A DNA stretch of 63,166 nucleotides, filler included, from Octopus bimaculoides (GCF_001194135.2; 7 parts of 6 records of this genome joined end to end with filler, not necessarily neighbours in it); one strand, 5' to 3'. Counted from the first letter of the whole stretch, positions 38,003-50,982 are shown. Numbers and translations: made by a program. Notes: generated from the sequence alone by a model not told the origin.

Positions 38003-38589
38003 NNNNNNNNNNNNNNNNNNNNNNNNNNNNNNNNNNNNNNNNNNNNNNNNNNNNNNNNNNNNNNNNNNNNNNNNNNNNNNNNNNNNNNNNNNNNNNNNNN
38101 NNNNNNNNNNNNNNNNNNNNNNNNNNNNNNNNNNNNNNNNNNNNNNNNNNNNNNNNNNNNNNNNNNNNNNNNNNNNNNNNNNNNNNNNNNNNNNNNNNNN
38201 NNNNNNNNNNNNNNNNNNNNNNNNNNNNNNNNNNNNNNNNNNNNNNNNNNNNNNNNNNNNNNNNNNNNNNNNNNNNNNNNNNNNNNNNNNNNNNNNNNNN
38301 NNNNNNNNNNNNNNNNNNNNNNNNNNNNNNNNNNNNNNNNNNNNNNNNNNNNNNNNNNNNNNNNNNNNNNNNNNNNNNNNNNNNNNNNNNNNNNNNNNNN
38401 NNNNNNNNNNNNNNNNNNNNNNNNNNNNNNNNNNNNNNNNNNNNNNNNNNNNNNNNNNNNNNNNNNNNNNNNNNNNNNNNNNNNNNNNNNNNNNNNNNNN
38501 NNNNNTATATATATATATATGTATATATATTTCTTCACTCGTTTATTTCTGTTTTTATTTTAACTCGTGTCCATTGTCCAGAAATCTGT

Positions 38590-38920
38590 AAGGTTAGGAA
38601 TGTAGTGTATAGCTTATGATGTACTGAGGGACAGTGCAGAAACATGACAACTACCTACATTGGAGAGATTGCATGCAGCATAGGAAAGCGTATAGGTGAA
38701 CATTAGCGAGAGCTCAAAGGAGGAAAAACCTTGTCAGTGCTATACCAACATGCTCAGGCAAGAACATGGAAGCTCGATTAATGGTATAGAGGTTAAAGTA
38801 TTATCGACACATAGAACTGACATGACACTTAGATCAAAGAAGCTACACACACAACAGTAAACAGACTGAACCTCAATAGAAAACATGAATGGAACAGTAA
38901 CACCCACCGCATGACTAAAG
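38590..38920 (+). mobile_element. Penelope-like GIY-YIG endonuclease relic
   Basis: VRNVVYSL*CTEGQC…TTYIGEIACSIGKRIGEH. Confidence 0.7.
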
Positions 38921-40164
38921 ATAGAAGGGATGAGAAGAGAAAGTGAGAAAAAAAAATCGTAAATAATACACAGAAACATATAGGGTAATATGCATACAAT
39001 AGACATATATGCACTTACCTGTGATACTTATGAGAAATAGAGGTAGATGTATAAAAAAAAGAAATAAATATATATACAGATAAATACAAATGTATTTGTC
39101 ACATACCTGTGATAAATATAAGTTATAAAGATAGATAAATAAATAAATTTATATAGAGGTCATGGGTACATACAACATATGAAGCAAACCCATACACACA
39201 CACACACAAGAAATTTCATGGACAGCTACAACAATGTCAACAACATAATTAACGACAGCAGCAGCCGCTGTGACAGTGATGACAATAACTACCACTACCA
39301 TGATGGCAACACCGTGGACGAGCACACACACACAGAGAAATACAGGAACTGTACAGTTTTTTCTCAGGTCTTAGAACGGCAGCAGCACAATTGGGTGAGA
39401 GGATGGGGCTGAAGGAAGGCCACACTACTGATAAAATCTGACACACACACAAATGCAGATGCACATAAGGATACACATCTTAGAAGAACAGAATGGAGTA
39501 AGTGGAGCAAGAACACACAGAAAAATGAAGTGTTGCAGAAGAAGTCACAGATGTGTGATGAAAGATTTCCGGACAATGGGCATGAGTTAAAATAATAAAA
39601 TAAGAACAATAATAAAAAAAGTGAAGAAAAAATATGTAGTGCATGTGTTTATTTGGCAAAAAAAAAAAAAAAAAAAATAACCATCCCGAAATACAACATG
39701 ATTTCACATCATTAATCTTTCAAAATGAATTGATAAACATATATACATATATGTAGGCACAGGCTTGGTTGCGTGGTTGAGAAGCTTGCTTCCTTATCAC
39801 ACACAAGCACACTAACGCATGTGCACATAAGGATACATATCTTAGAACAGCATGGGAATAAGTGGAGCAAGAACAGACACATAAGCAAAAGGTATTGCTG
39901 AAGAGGTCACAGATGTGTCATGAAAGATTTATGGACAATGGACATGAGTCAAAATAATAAAATAACAGTAATAAATGAGTGAAGAAAAAAATTTATAGTG
40001 CGTGTGTTTATTTGGCAAAAAAACAAAAATGACCATCTTGTAATACAATATCTATATACATCTATATATCTATATCTATATGTATCTATATACATATATA
40101 ATTATAGTAGTACCTTGGTTTACAAATGCCACTGATCACGAATAAATCGTGCTTTATACATATA

Positions 40165-40734
40165 CATGTGCCACACCCTAGCAGTTAAGGGAACCTGTGG
40201 AAGAGGTAGGCCCAGGAAGACCTGGGAAGAGGTGGTGAGGCACGACCTTCGAACTTTGGGCCTCACCAAGGCGATGATTTCTGACCGAGACCTTTGGAAA
40301 TATGCTGTGCGTGAGAAGACCTGGCAAGCCAATTGAGACCTAAATCCAAGGCCTCTGCCAGGGGTGTAGCCAGCCCACTTATGCGTACCTTTCCTTCATT
40401 GGACACTAACTCCGCTTGCGAAGACCTGTTGAGGCAAGTGAAAGCAAAATCGTGATGGCACCTGTGCCCAGCGTCGCCTTCATGGCACGTGTAAAGATAT
40501 TCGAGTGAAATCTTTGTCAGTGCTGCTGGACTGGCTTCTGTGCAGGTGGCACGTAAAAGCACCCACTACATTCTCGGAGTGATTGGCGTTAGGAAGGGCA
40601 TCCAGCAGTAGAAACTCTGCCAAATCAGATTGGAGCCTGGTGTAGCCATCTGGTTCACCAGTCCTCAGTCAAATCGTCCAACCCATGCTAGCATGTAAAG
40701 CAGGCGTTAAACGATGATGATGATGATGATGATG

Positions 40735-40735
<1 letters not shown>
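40165..40735 (+). mobile_element. RTE-clade LINE 3' end with (GAT)n tail
   Basis: CHTLAVKGTCGRGRPRKTWEEVVRHDLRTLGL…DRDLWK. The 3' UTR ends ggcgttaggaagggcatccag…aacccatgctagcat…cgttaaac(gat)n. Confidence 0.9.
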
Positions 40736-40766
<31 letters not shown>

Positions 40767-40768
40767 TA

Positions 40769-40941
40769 TTTATTTAAAAGCAGCAGAAATATAACAAAAG
40801 ACAGTTACTTGGAGTTCCACGTTCCCGTTCATTGGACAGCTTTGTTATATTCCTGCTGCTTTTAAATAAAGCGTATTACTCTACCTCTGGTATTTGAGTA
40901 CTCTTTTTTTTCACCTTGTTCTACATTTACGTGCTTACTTC

Positions 40942-40945
<4 letters not shown>
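40769..40945. repeat. Hairpin-containing interspersed repeat (~30-bp arms); 3' part also at 28655-28730
   Basis: Arms tttaaaagcagcagaaatataacaaaag / ctttgttatattcctgctgcttttaaa. Confidence 0.75.
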
Positions 40946-40980
<35 letters not shown>

Positions 40981-41080
40981 NNNNNNNNNNNNNNNNNNNN
41001 NNNNNNNNNNNNNNNNNNNNNNNNTTAATTAATTAANNNNNNNNNNNNNNNNNNNNNNNNNNNNNNNNNNNNNNNNNNNN
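40981..41080. other. Artificial 100-bp spacer
   Basis: Linker at 41025-41036. Confidence 0.9.
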
Positions 41081-41090
41081 ATATACAGAT

Positions 41091-41131
<41 letters not shown>

Positions 41132-41192
41132 TAGAGAGAGAAAGCGAGAGAGAGAGAGAGAAGGAGAGAGAGATAGAGACAGAAAGAGATAG

Positions 41193-41229
<37 letters not shown>

Positions 41230-41236
<7 letters not shown>

Positions 41237-41592
41237 TCAGTTTACCACCAATCCAAAACGATTCTCACCTAAAAACAGCATGGTATTGCCTCCTCACCTA
41301 AGCTATTCGCCAGATTTAGAACCTGCTGACTTCTATCTCTTCTCTAAGGTGAAAGTGCAGTTCAAAGCTCGCTGTTTTAACATCGTTGTCAAGATCAAGA
41401 GTGAATCGCAACTATCCTGGTCTCTCTTACAAACGATGACTTCCAGGCCGAATTCCAAATGTGACAGGGATGTTGGGACCGGTGTAATGCTGCGCCAGGC
41501 GTCTATTTCGAAGTAGATGATTTTAAACTGAGGTAAATCAGTTACTTTTAGATAAATATAGTAGTTTGGGAACATTTTGATACCATTTCTTA
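41230..41592 (+). mobile_element. Mariner transposase C-terminal relic with probable right TIR
   Basis: LPPHLSYSPDLEPADFYLFSKVK (YSPDL motif) and …GVYFE, followed by the TIR-like gaacattttgataccatttctta. Confidence 0.85.
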
Positions 41593-41599
41593 CAATTAG

Positions 41600-42010
41600 T
41601 AAATTACTATAAGATACTCAGAACTAAGGATAACTGGTACAAATAGCCAAAAGCATGAAAATATAAAGAATCTGCCTTCTTCGACGAAACCGTAAAATAT
41701 AAAAAAGAGGTTATAGTGCCCGACAGTTCTGAAGAGAAAGAACAAACAACAAATCTAAATCTGAAACTACAAGATACCATGATAAACCGATGACAAGAAA
41801 TTCCCTTACATGGCAAAACCTTGGATAAGTTAAACAGAAAAGCAACAGACAAAGTAAATCCCAACAATGGATACAATGTTCAAGAATCCCAGCAGAAATT
41901 GATAAGTTTTTAATTGCCGCACAAGGTCAAAACTTCCCACCAAAAAGTATAACACATAACGGAGAAAAATACAATAAGGTGGTGCAGAATTTGTAGTGAT
42001 GGGGAAAAAT
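41600..42010 (+). mobile_element. R4/Dong fragment, decayed
   Basis: LHGKTLDK…SQQWIQ…AEIDKFLIAAQGQNFPT…CRIC. Confidence 0.7.
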
Positions 42011-42234
42011 AGATGGGAGAGTAGTAATACGGGGTATTTCCAGACCAGCACTAAACCCGAGAATTAGGGTACACAGTGAAATTCCAGTCTAATATCGAAA
42101 TTATTCAGGTGTACAAAATTCAGGTTTCGTAACGGTAAAACCTTTGTGTTGTGGCAAAAATTAAAATATAATTCAAATAAGAAGACAAAGAGTTTAACAT
42201 ATTTTTAAGGTACGGTTCCAACTATTTCGGTACA

Positions 42235-42395
42235 AAGGCGGTGGTGAAGTTTTGGCACAAAACCAGCAATTATCGGCTCTGAAAAGATGAAAGCAAAATC
42301 GACCTAAGCAGAATTTGAACTCAGAATGTACAGATGAATGTACTGCCGCTAAGCATTTTGCCCAGCATGCTAACCGTTCTGCCATATCGCCGACT
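42235..42395 (-). mobile_element. SINE-A, diverged
   Basis: gaaaagatgaaagcaaaatcgacctaagcagaatttgaactcagaa…gctaagcattttgcccagcatgctaac. Confidence 0.8.
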
Positions 42396-45300
42396 TTACT
42401 GCGATAAAATATTAAATACTGATATCAAATTCCACGAACACAGCGTGCAATACACTGTTTTTGATATCAACCCCTTATTTCAATAAGTAATATATTTTGC
42501 AACCAGTTTCAGTACATATGCTAATAATGATTTTATGTAATCCTCTATTCGTTGGCTGGTGAAATTAACAACGAAATTCTGAATTTTTCATATATTCTGT
42601 ACTTCGTAGTGATGGGGAAAAATAGATGGGAGAGTAGTAATAGATTTTACTACTCGGATATTGCAGAAATTCAATTGATCAACAGTACAATATAGAACAA
42701 TCGAACCTGGTGTAATCTATGGGATGCAATAATTCTTGAGAAAATATAAAATGTAATATGCAGCTTAGAATATACTAAGATAAGTATAATTCAGCATTTG
42801 AATGTCTGTGAACATAGTTTCCAAAATTAGAATTTGGGGAGGGCACCGTAGAAAACTCGAAATACTACTTATGCTCTCAACATTTCAGAGCACACACATT
42901 CAGTTGTTGCACAGCAAACTACTGTGAACAACCAGACATACACATCCACTTGCACATCTAGCTGTCAATATATCTACTTACATATATCTATGTACATTTT
43001 CTCACGTACACACATATTTGTGATCCACGGCAGTGGGTGAATATATATTGACTGTCAACTTTTAGCTTCTTCAGAGCAATCCTCACTTTCATCACTAATT
43101 CCGTTCCGTGCTAAATTTTAAGATCAGATAATTATAATTTAGTTTATTAAAAAAAATTTAGGTTAAAGTATGTGAGGTAAAAAAATGGAAGAGTAAAGCA
43201 AAACATTGAATTGGAATCAAAATATCTCAGTTATTTTAAAAGAAAAGTATGGCTTAATTGGGTTTAAAAGAATGTGCTCATTACGAAAAGCCTTTTGGCG
43301 AAACCCAGTTAAAAAGCATTAGGTACGGAAAAGGTAGTGTGGCGAAAGAAAAGTCATTATTTTAACAACTTAAGATATGTTTGTTAGTTTAAGATATTTA
43401 ACCTTATGAAACACAAGACAGTATCTGATATAGTGGGTCGCTTATCTTAATAGTACAGGAAGTTTGGGATATATGGGTGTTCTATTCGCTGTAGCATCCT
43501 GCTAGCAATTCCCACCCGTTTAATAAGGGGTATTTAGCCGATCTAAGCGGCTATTCCGCGGTCAAGGTTTATATTTTGAAAAATTCCAACTGACTCGGTC
43601 AATCAAAGTTATCCTTAATGTCACATTTTAGTCTCTCTGAAGCACTTCTAGGTTTCACTAATTAATATCTCAACCAAACTGAATGCTTCATATCTGCCAT
43701 TCCCTCACTGCTGTGGATATATATTGCTAAGGTTAACTTTTAGTTACTCGGGAGGAATCCTAGCCTTTATCACTTAGTTCTGAATCAAATTAAATGCGGA
43801 TTTATAGCAAGGACAGTCCATTCCTCTTCTACCTTTTCAGATAAAATAATTGAAATTTGGTTCATTAAAAAATGTTAGGTTACAAAATGTAAGGTCAAAC
43901 TTGGAAAAAAGTTAAACAAAAAATTGAATTAGAATAAAAAATATCTGTTATTTTAGAAGAAAAGTATAGATTAATAGGGTGTAAAAAATGTGCTCATTGA
44001 GAAAGAAACTTTTGGAGAAAAACCTTCTTAAAATATATTAGCTACGACACAAGTAGTGTGGCTGGAAGAGACAAAACATATATGTAAAACCCCAAAACTG
44101 ATTTTGAATGAACATATCTTAGCTATTGTAAAAGAAAACTATAAAATAGTTCAAAGGACAGGTCTCTACGTGATAATCATATGATGAAAAGCTTGTCAAG
44201 AGATATTAGCTACAAAAAAAATGTAGTTAAGCATTAAGTGATTAGAAAAGATGATCATTTTAACAAATCACTATATAGTTTTGTTATTTTAAGATATTTA
44301 CCATTATAAGAGTGGCCGTATGTGGTGTTATGGTTTGCTTAGCTTAGTGGTACAGAGCATTGAACAAAACTTTGATAAGTAGTGGGTTAAATGCTCTAAG
44401 TAGTTTTTACAGCTATTCTACATTCTAGATTTTGTTTAGATGAAAGAGCTCCATGAGAAAAATCTTATGGTAAAGACATTCTATAACCATATTAGCTACA
44501 TAAATAATTGTTTGGCTTGAAGTGCCTAAAAAAGGGTGATTATTTTAAGAAATAAAAAAACCTTTGTCCTCTTAAGAGAAAAATAATATTATTTGAATTC
44601 AAATTAATGAGTTCACCAAGACAAATATTTTGGCGAAAATCTATCTAAAAATAACCATAAAAATTATAGTAATAGGAGCATTACCTGAAAAAAATTGAAC
44701 AAGACTGAAAAATGCGGGCGCAGATTCTTAAAATATTCTTAAGTATTTAACATGGAAAACAACAAAACAAGCAAGTAATTAAGCCTGGAAAGTAAAGGAC
44801 AATAGAAAAAAAAATTTAATATTACTGCTGAAGTTAGAATTTATTAAATACTTTTCTGAAATTGTTCATCAAATGGTGTGCACTGTTTTGTTTTTGTATT
44901 CGTTGTTTTTTATTGCATTTATAAAATTTAGGTTAATATTTTTGATTAATTTTTTTTTTTTTGCATTAAGCCTAATCATTTCTGTCTTATTTTTACTATT
45001 ATAGTATTTTTTAAATTGATATATTTTAACAAAACTCATTATCCGAAAATTTTAAATCACAAGTATTGCGTTATAAAACTAAAATCATATAGAATATATA
45101 TAATTCAAAACGAAAAACTAGTAAAATAAAATTTGTTTTTGAAGAAACAAAAGAATTAATTCCTTTAAAGCTTGCATTAATCAGACAACAAAGTGATTTC
45201 TAGAAAGCTAATAAAGAAACTGAGTGCAAAATGTAAAAACTACTTTCCATTTTTCTTTTTAGAAAAAGTTAGGGGTTATTGTTGTCACTTTTGCTTATTG

Positions 45301-45607
45301 TCAGACTTTTTTACATATATTAATTTGTAATAACAAATTTTTAATGTGCAAACTTGCAGGCAATTAGTCTTTTCACTAGAATTGAAAATAAATAGCTTCT
45401 TGAGTATTTTAATCTAAATTTTATGTAAAAATAAGAAATAAAAATCGGCATTTATTACTATTGTAGCTTTTAAATTTTGACTTCGGCGGCAACATTTTAA
45501 TATTTTTTCTTCTTGTCCTGTTCTTTTCCAGGCTGAATTACTGCTTTTTCGGGTTCAATACTAAAGAACTTTCTGGGATATTGCTCCCGCGTGTTTCATT
45601 CTAATAT

Positions 45608-45992
45608 GTTGTTGTTGGCACTCCGTCGCTTACGACATTGAGGGTTCCAGTTGATCCGATTAACGGAACAGCCTGCTCGAGAAATTAACGTGCAAGTGGC
45701 TGAGCACTCCACTGACACGTGTACCCTTAACGTAGTTCTTGGGGATATTCAGTGTGATACAGTGTGACAAGGCTGACCCTTTGAATTACAGGCACAACAG
45801 AAACAGGAAGTAAGAGTGAGAGAAAGTTGTGGTGGGAGAGTACAGCAGGGTTCTCCACCATCCCCTGCCGGAGCCTCGTGGAGCCTTAGGTGTTTTCGCT
45901 CAATACACTCACAACGCTCAATCTGTGTATCGAAACCGCGACCCTATGACCGCGAGTCCGCTGCCCTAACCACTGGGCCATTGCGCCTCCAC
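45608..45992 (-). mobile_element. SINE family C, full length with 12-bp TSD
   Basis: TSD tcattctaatat at 45596-45607 and 45993-46004. It is the reverse complement of the 18708 copy. Confidence 0.95.
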
Positions 45993-46029
45993 TCATTCTA
46001 ATATATATATATCGAGATATAAACAAATA

Positions 46030-46191
46030 CATACAGGCATTCGTACATACATACATACGTACGTGCATGCATGGATGCATGCATGCGTATATACATACGG
46101 ACGGACAGACAGATAGATGGACGGATAAACTGACAGATAGACAGAAAGACAAACTGATAGATAAATAGACAGACAGATAGATAGATAGAAT

Positions 46192-46245
<54 letters not shown>

Positions 46246-46290
46246 GAGATAGGTAGGTAGGTAGGTAGGTAGGTAGGTAAGTAGGTAGGG
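46030..46290. repeat. Compound tetranucleotide array (CATA/GACA/GATA/GGTA)
   Basis: Direct reading. Confidence 0.95.
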
Positions 46291-46611
46291 AATTCCAAAA
46301 CTTGCAGGCAACTTGTCAGGGTATTCAGATATTGTGTATGTAATACTCTAGAGTATACAATAGCAAACGAGAGGAATGGAAAACGAAAAATAAAAATGTC
46401 TCATTGCAAAATGTGACTTACATATATTCCTTACGATATATTATTGAAGTTCATTATTTGTGTTTCTTAAAATTTCTTCCACACAAAATCATAACATCGA
46501 CTAACAATTGAATCATTGTTCATTCTTAGATTTTCAATACCTCAACTAATAGTAGTATTAGTATTAGTACTAATAGTAGTAGTAGCAGCAGCAGCAGAAG
46601 CAGTAGTAGTC

Positions 46612-46647
<36 letters not shown>

Positions 46648-47958
46648 TGAGGTCATCCACTGAATCTGCCATTTGTTGTTGATTCATTACTCTGGCAGGT
46701 GTAACTCGCCCAGCTAAACGAAAATTGTACTAGGTAGATTAATATGTACCTATCACACACACACACACACCTACACAAAGACGCACACACACAAACAAAC
46801 AAACAAAGACACATACAAAGACACACAAAGGCACACATATACACACCATATGTACATATATATGGGTGCGTGTGTTTATGTTAAGATTACCACGAATGAA
46901 ATATCTTTATTATCATAACAAGTTATGAGCTTAATAGAACTTATGAGAATAGAATTAAGTTATTCATTCCCGTAAAATTCTTTTTCAATATATTATATAT
47001 ACAAAGATGTTTATAAACTGAGTGTATAAAATGTTCTTTAAAATCTTTGGAATGTAATACCTCCCCAAGTATTTAATTAACTTTCATTAAAAAAATAAAT
47101 ACTCTCTTTGAAATATTTTCAATAATTCCCAATACATAATTATGACTCCAATGTTTTTTGAAGAATTTTAAGAATTAATCCATCATAATTCTTAATTGCT
47201 GATTCTTGAGAAAAGTCTTTCAAAATGTCGCGCGAATGCATTTGTATTGTTCTGCTTCTTCGCTTTACGAAATTTCTATAATTACTACACTGAGCTTAAT
47301 CATTGTTTAACCTATTTCCGTTATTTCGGCTTTCTAGTCAATATTTTTCACATTAAATTATCTCTTTCTATTTTTCCATCAAATATTGTTCTTAACTATT
47401 TATTATGCTTGACTGCTATACTTGTTACAGTGAGTATCATACTAGATATCCGTCGACTATCCCGATATAGTCATTTCATCTCACCTAATAATTGTCATCA
47501 TCTTTGTTCTTGATAATCATCTGCCTTCTTTCTCTTACTCTTCTCTCCCCCTCTCTTTCTCAATACCTCTATGTTACGGAGTATAAATTATACGTGTATA
47601 TATGTGTGTTTGCGCCGATCAGCATTTGTATGTAATTTTCTTTTCGTGTTTGAACACGTCTAAGTTTTCACGTGTTCTTCGATACATATTTTGCTTCTAT
47701 TAAGCAGTGTATGCACATACTGCGTGAAGAGCAGAAGTGAATGTTTTAAGAAATTTTATATGCTCTATCATGTAGCCTTGTATCGGTTTAAAAACTTCTG
47801 AATCACGAAGCTACAGTCAACCGCTAACGATAGCAATATTTGGACTTTGTGGTTTTGCTCTGTTGAAAAATAAGAAATTATATCAAAACTACTTCGAAGA
47901 ATTTACACGATTTACAAAGACACACATCAAAACTAACTCAGTGACGATCTATACGTAA

Positions 47959-47989
<31 letters not shown>

Positions 47990-48089
47990 NNNNNNNNNNN
48001 NNNNNNNNNNNNNNNNNNNNNNNNNNNNNNNNNTTAATTAATTAANNNNNNNNNNNNNNNNNNNNNNNNNNNNNNNNNNNNNNNNNNNN
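47990..48089. other. Artificial 100-bp spacer
   Basis: Linker at 48034-48045. Confidence 0.9.
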
Positions 48090-48248
48090 TGGGCACGTGT
48101 AAGGAACTCTTCAGTCTCTATGGACAACAGAGATATTGAATAGTGGTTGGCGTGTATTTATTTACGAACTCTTCGGAATGTCAATATAGACACCACGCCT
48201 GAAACACAGAGATACGTACTCACACGCTGCGTACACACACACACACAC

Positions 48249-48291
<43 letters not shown>

Positions 48292-48764
48292 TACGTACTC
48301 ATACGGTACGTACACATACACACACATATACATGCATATACGTATATTGTTTGTATCTATATATGTGTGTATGTGTTCATGTGAAGGTGTGCGTGCGCGT
48401 GTACTATAATATTGCATGAGACAAGAAGAGAGTACTTAATACAAAATGGAGTGAAAATTCATATAGTTTTCAGGACCAGTAACGTTGTTATTCAGAGTCT
48501 TATGTAGTTTCATTATTATCTCAACGGGACCTCCACCTGTCGTTAATGACCATGGATGGTCTGTCCGACTAGAATAGCGCTGTCTGTGATTGAACTGGCC
48601 GATGCCGGTTCTATCTTCTCACTACAGTGTGTTCGGTTGAATCCAAGCCGGATCAGTATGTACGGAGGACAGGTTGTTGCCCATGCAGCATGTTCTTCCC
48701 CTCCCATGCAGCATCCTCGTTACAATTTGGCACCGGTGTCATTGCAGAAACTTCCAGAACGATA

Positions 48765-48997
48765 GGCGGCGAGCTGGCAGAAGCGTTACCCTCGCCGGAC
48801 GAAATGCTTAGCAGTATTTCGTTTGCCGTTACGTCCTGAGTTCAAATTCCGCCGAGGTCGACTTTGCCTTTCATCCTTTCGGGGTCGATAAATTAAGTAC
48901 CAGTTACGTACTGGGGTCGATGTAATCGACTTAGTCCCTTTGTCTGTCCTTGTTTGTCCCCTCTATGTTTAGCCCCTTGTGGGCAATAAAGAAATAA
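48765..48997 (+). mobile_element. SINE family A, full length with 18-bp TSD
   Basis: TSD gaaacttccagaa(c/t)gata at 48747-48764 and 48998-49015. Confidence 0.95.
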
Positions 48998-49506
48998 GAA
49001 ACTTCCAGAATGATATTGTGAACAGCGTCGAATTACATCAGAGGCTCCGACTACCGATTTTTACTCAGTGTTTACCCCATCCCCGCCCCACCCCCACCTC
49101 CGAATCCTCTCCAATAGTTGAGTATAGCTGTAAGGCAGCGCAGATTTGGAATTGTGGTTTTCCTTTCCCTACACGGATTGTCCCCACTCAGGCTATTGAA
49201 CTTCACCTGCTTGACTGGACTTGCTAATTAACTCATAACTGGGACCCTGACAAGTGCTACTACTCTGGGTCAGAGTAGACCTAGGAGTAAGTAATGGCTA
49301 AGAAGTGGTTCCACACTTCTCAAAACACTGGAACTCTTGAACCACGGTCTCATTACCGGATGCAGTTTAAAGTCATTTCCAGCACATGTTTGTGAGAGTT
49401 ATAACCCATAAGATCATCCAACTACCAAAATATACACATGCATAGTGTTTCATGTAACAATTTTCGATGTGTTTATTGCTTGACATGTGCAAAATATATA
49501 GCAGAG

Positions 49507-49576
<70 letters not shown>

Positions 49577-50087
49577 TGTGTTATATATATGTCCTAACTC
49601 TTCGAAACGCCTGTGTTAGAATGGAGGCAGCTGATGAAGGAAATGTTCTCTATGTGGCCTGTGTGTTTTCTGTACTCTATTCATCATTTGTCTACGTTTT
49701 GTGTGCAACGTCCTGTACCCAGATATGCATCTATGTATACAGGTAGATGTAGGTATGTACATACTTGTACGTATATATGCATACACTCATTTATTATTTG
49801 TATATATATATATATATATATACGCCGATCCCTCCCTCAGACGTCATAGATGTTTCTCTTTATATTCGGTCCCGAACTTCATAACTTTGTTGCTTATGGA
49901 ACAATAAATAAATCCCAGTAATTTTACCGGTGTTAATTCAAATGATATATACTCTGGTGTTCAGAAAAGAAAATGCACACTAGAGCAGAAAAGTCAATTT
50001 AAATACACCATCTTTAGTCGGTCATTAGATAGTTACCACAAATTTCGCATTCGTGTCATTTATCGAAAACAAAGATTATTAAGCTTA

Positions 50088-50280
50088 TTGTTGTTGTAGC
50101 TGTTTAGCTCCACAACGGCTCTGATGGATCAAAGATCTGTGATGAAAAGCGTTCAAACCATTACTTGTTTTTTTTTTCTAAATCAGACATAAAGTTTCTA
50201 GGACTACTTTATTCAATGTGTACTTTCTCTTTTATAAATAATTTGATGGAGATTTGGCTGTTATTTCGAACGACTGCATT
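50088..50280 (-). mobile_element. Unclassified retroposon-like repeat (family D, tail …gctaaacaacaac)
   Basis: The motif ggagatttggctg.tatttc and a (caa)n tail recur near 35670-35710, 37050-37110, 57215-57420, 57500-57800 and 60570-60800. Confidence 0.5.
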
Positions 50281-50823
50281 TTCTTGCTGGTTCACTTATA
50301 TATTTGTGTTCATTGAACGTATTCCAAGGTAGTATGAGAACAAGACTTCGTTTTCCTACTGTGTAATTATTTTGATAGACGAGGTATCATCAGCCTCTGA
50401 GTAACTGAAGCTTAGTATGTCTCGTCATGTACATACCGAAACAGAATACCTGTTTGTGTAAAATATATTTAAATACGTGACAGCTTCGTAGTAAACTTTG
50501 TTGAGCTATATTCTCTCAACGTTACGAGAGACGTTAGAAACTAACGTATAGTTTCAATAGACACATGCTCAAAGCCATTTTAGTTACGCTTATACCACCT
50601 TAGTTTTCAGGTACATGGTATCTAGAACTCTAGAACTACATTATTCAGCGTGTCATTGATATTTTTAATACAGTATACGTAATCTGAGGGAGATTTGACA
50701 ACTACTTCCAGTAGGTAGAAAGTATCAACTACCTGAAGTTATTGATAACTTCAGGTGAGCGCTGCTTAAACAGATATACAAACAAATGTGTCTCATTTGT
50801 GACCAACATGTCTTTTTAGATAC

Positions 50824-50982
50824 CATAAACTATATCGTTTAATGCATCCTTCTTCAACATAATCGGTGGAGTGTAACTTGAAGAAGATTTGGCAGGTGTC
50901 TCCTGCAAGTCGAGACCACAGGCGGACATGATCCGCTCCATCCAGAATAAGAAATAATTCAGTTTAAAGACTATATGGCTCA
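50824..50982 (-). CDS. Candidate internal exon of an unidentified gene
   Basis: Pyrimidine-rich acceptor ttgttttgctcgtgagctcttcag and weak donor GTATCT. It is 159 bp, phase 1-1, with an open frame SHIVFKLNYFLFWMERIMSACGLDLQETPAK…DIVY and raised GC. No family recognised. Confidence 0.3.

Noticed and set aside
43100-44660. Possible NUMT or alternative genetic code (many in-frame TAA)
   Set aside because: No mitochondrial gene motif recognised. Both TGA and TAG also occur, and the frames are not conserved between the repeat copies.
48556-48765. MYGGQVVAHA resembling the acyl-CoA thioesterase FGGQ motif
   Set aside because: The match is short, the flanks do not fit and there are no splice signals.
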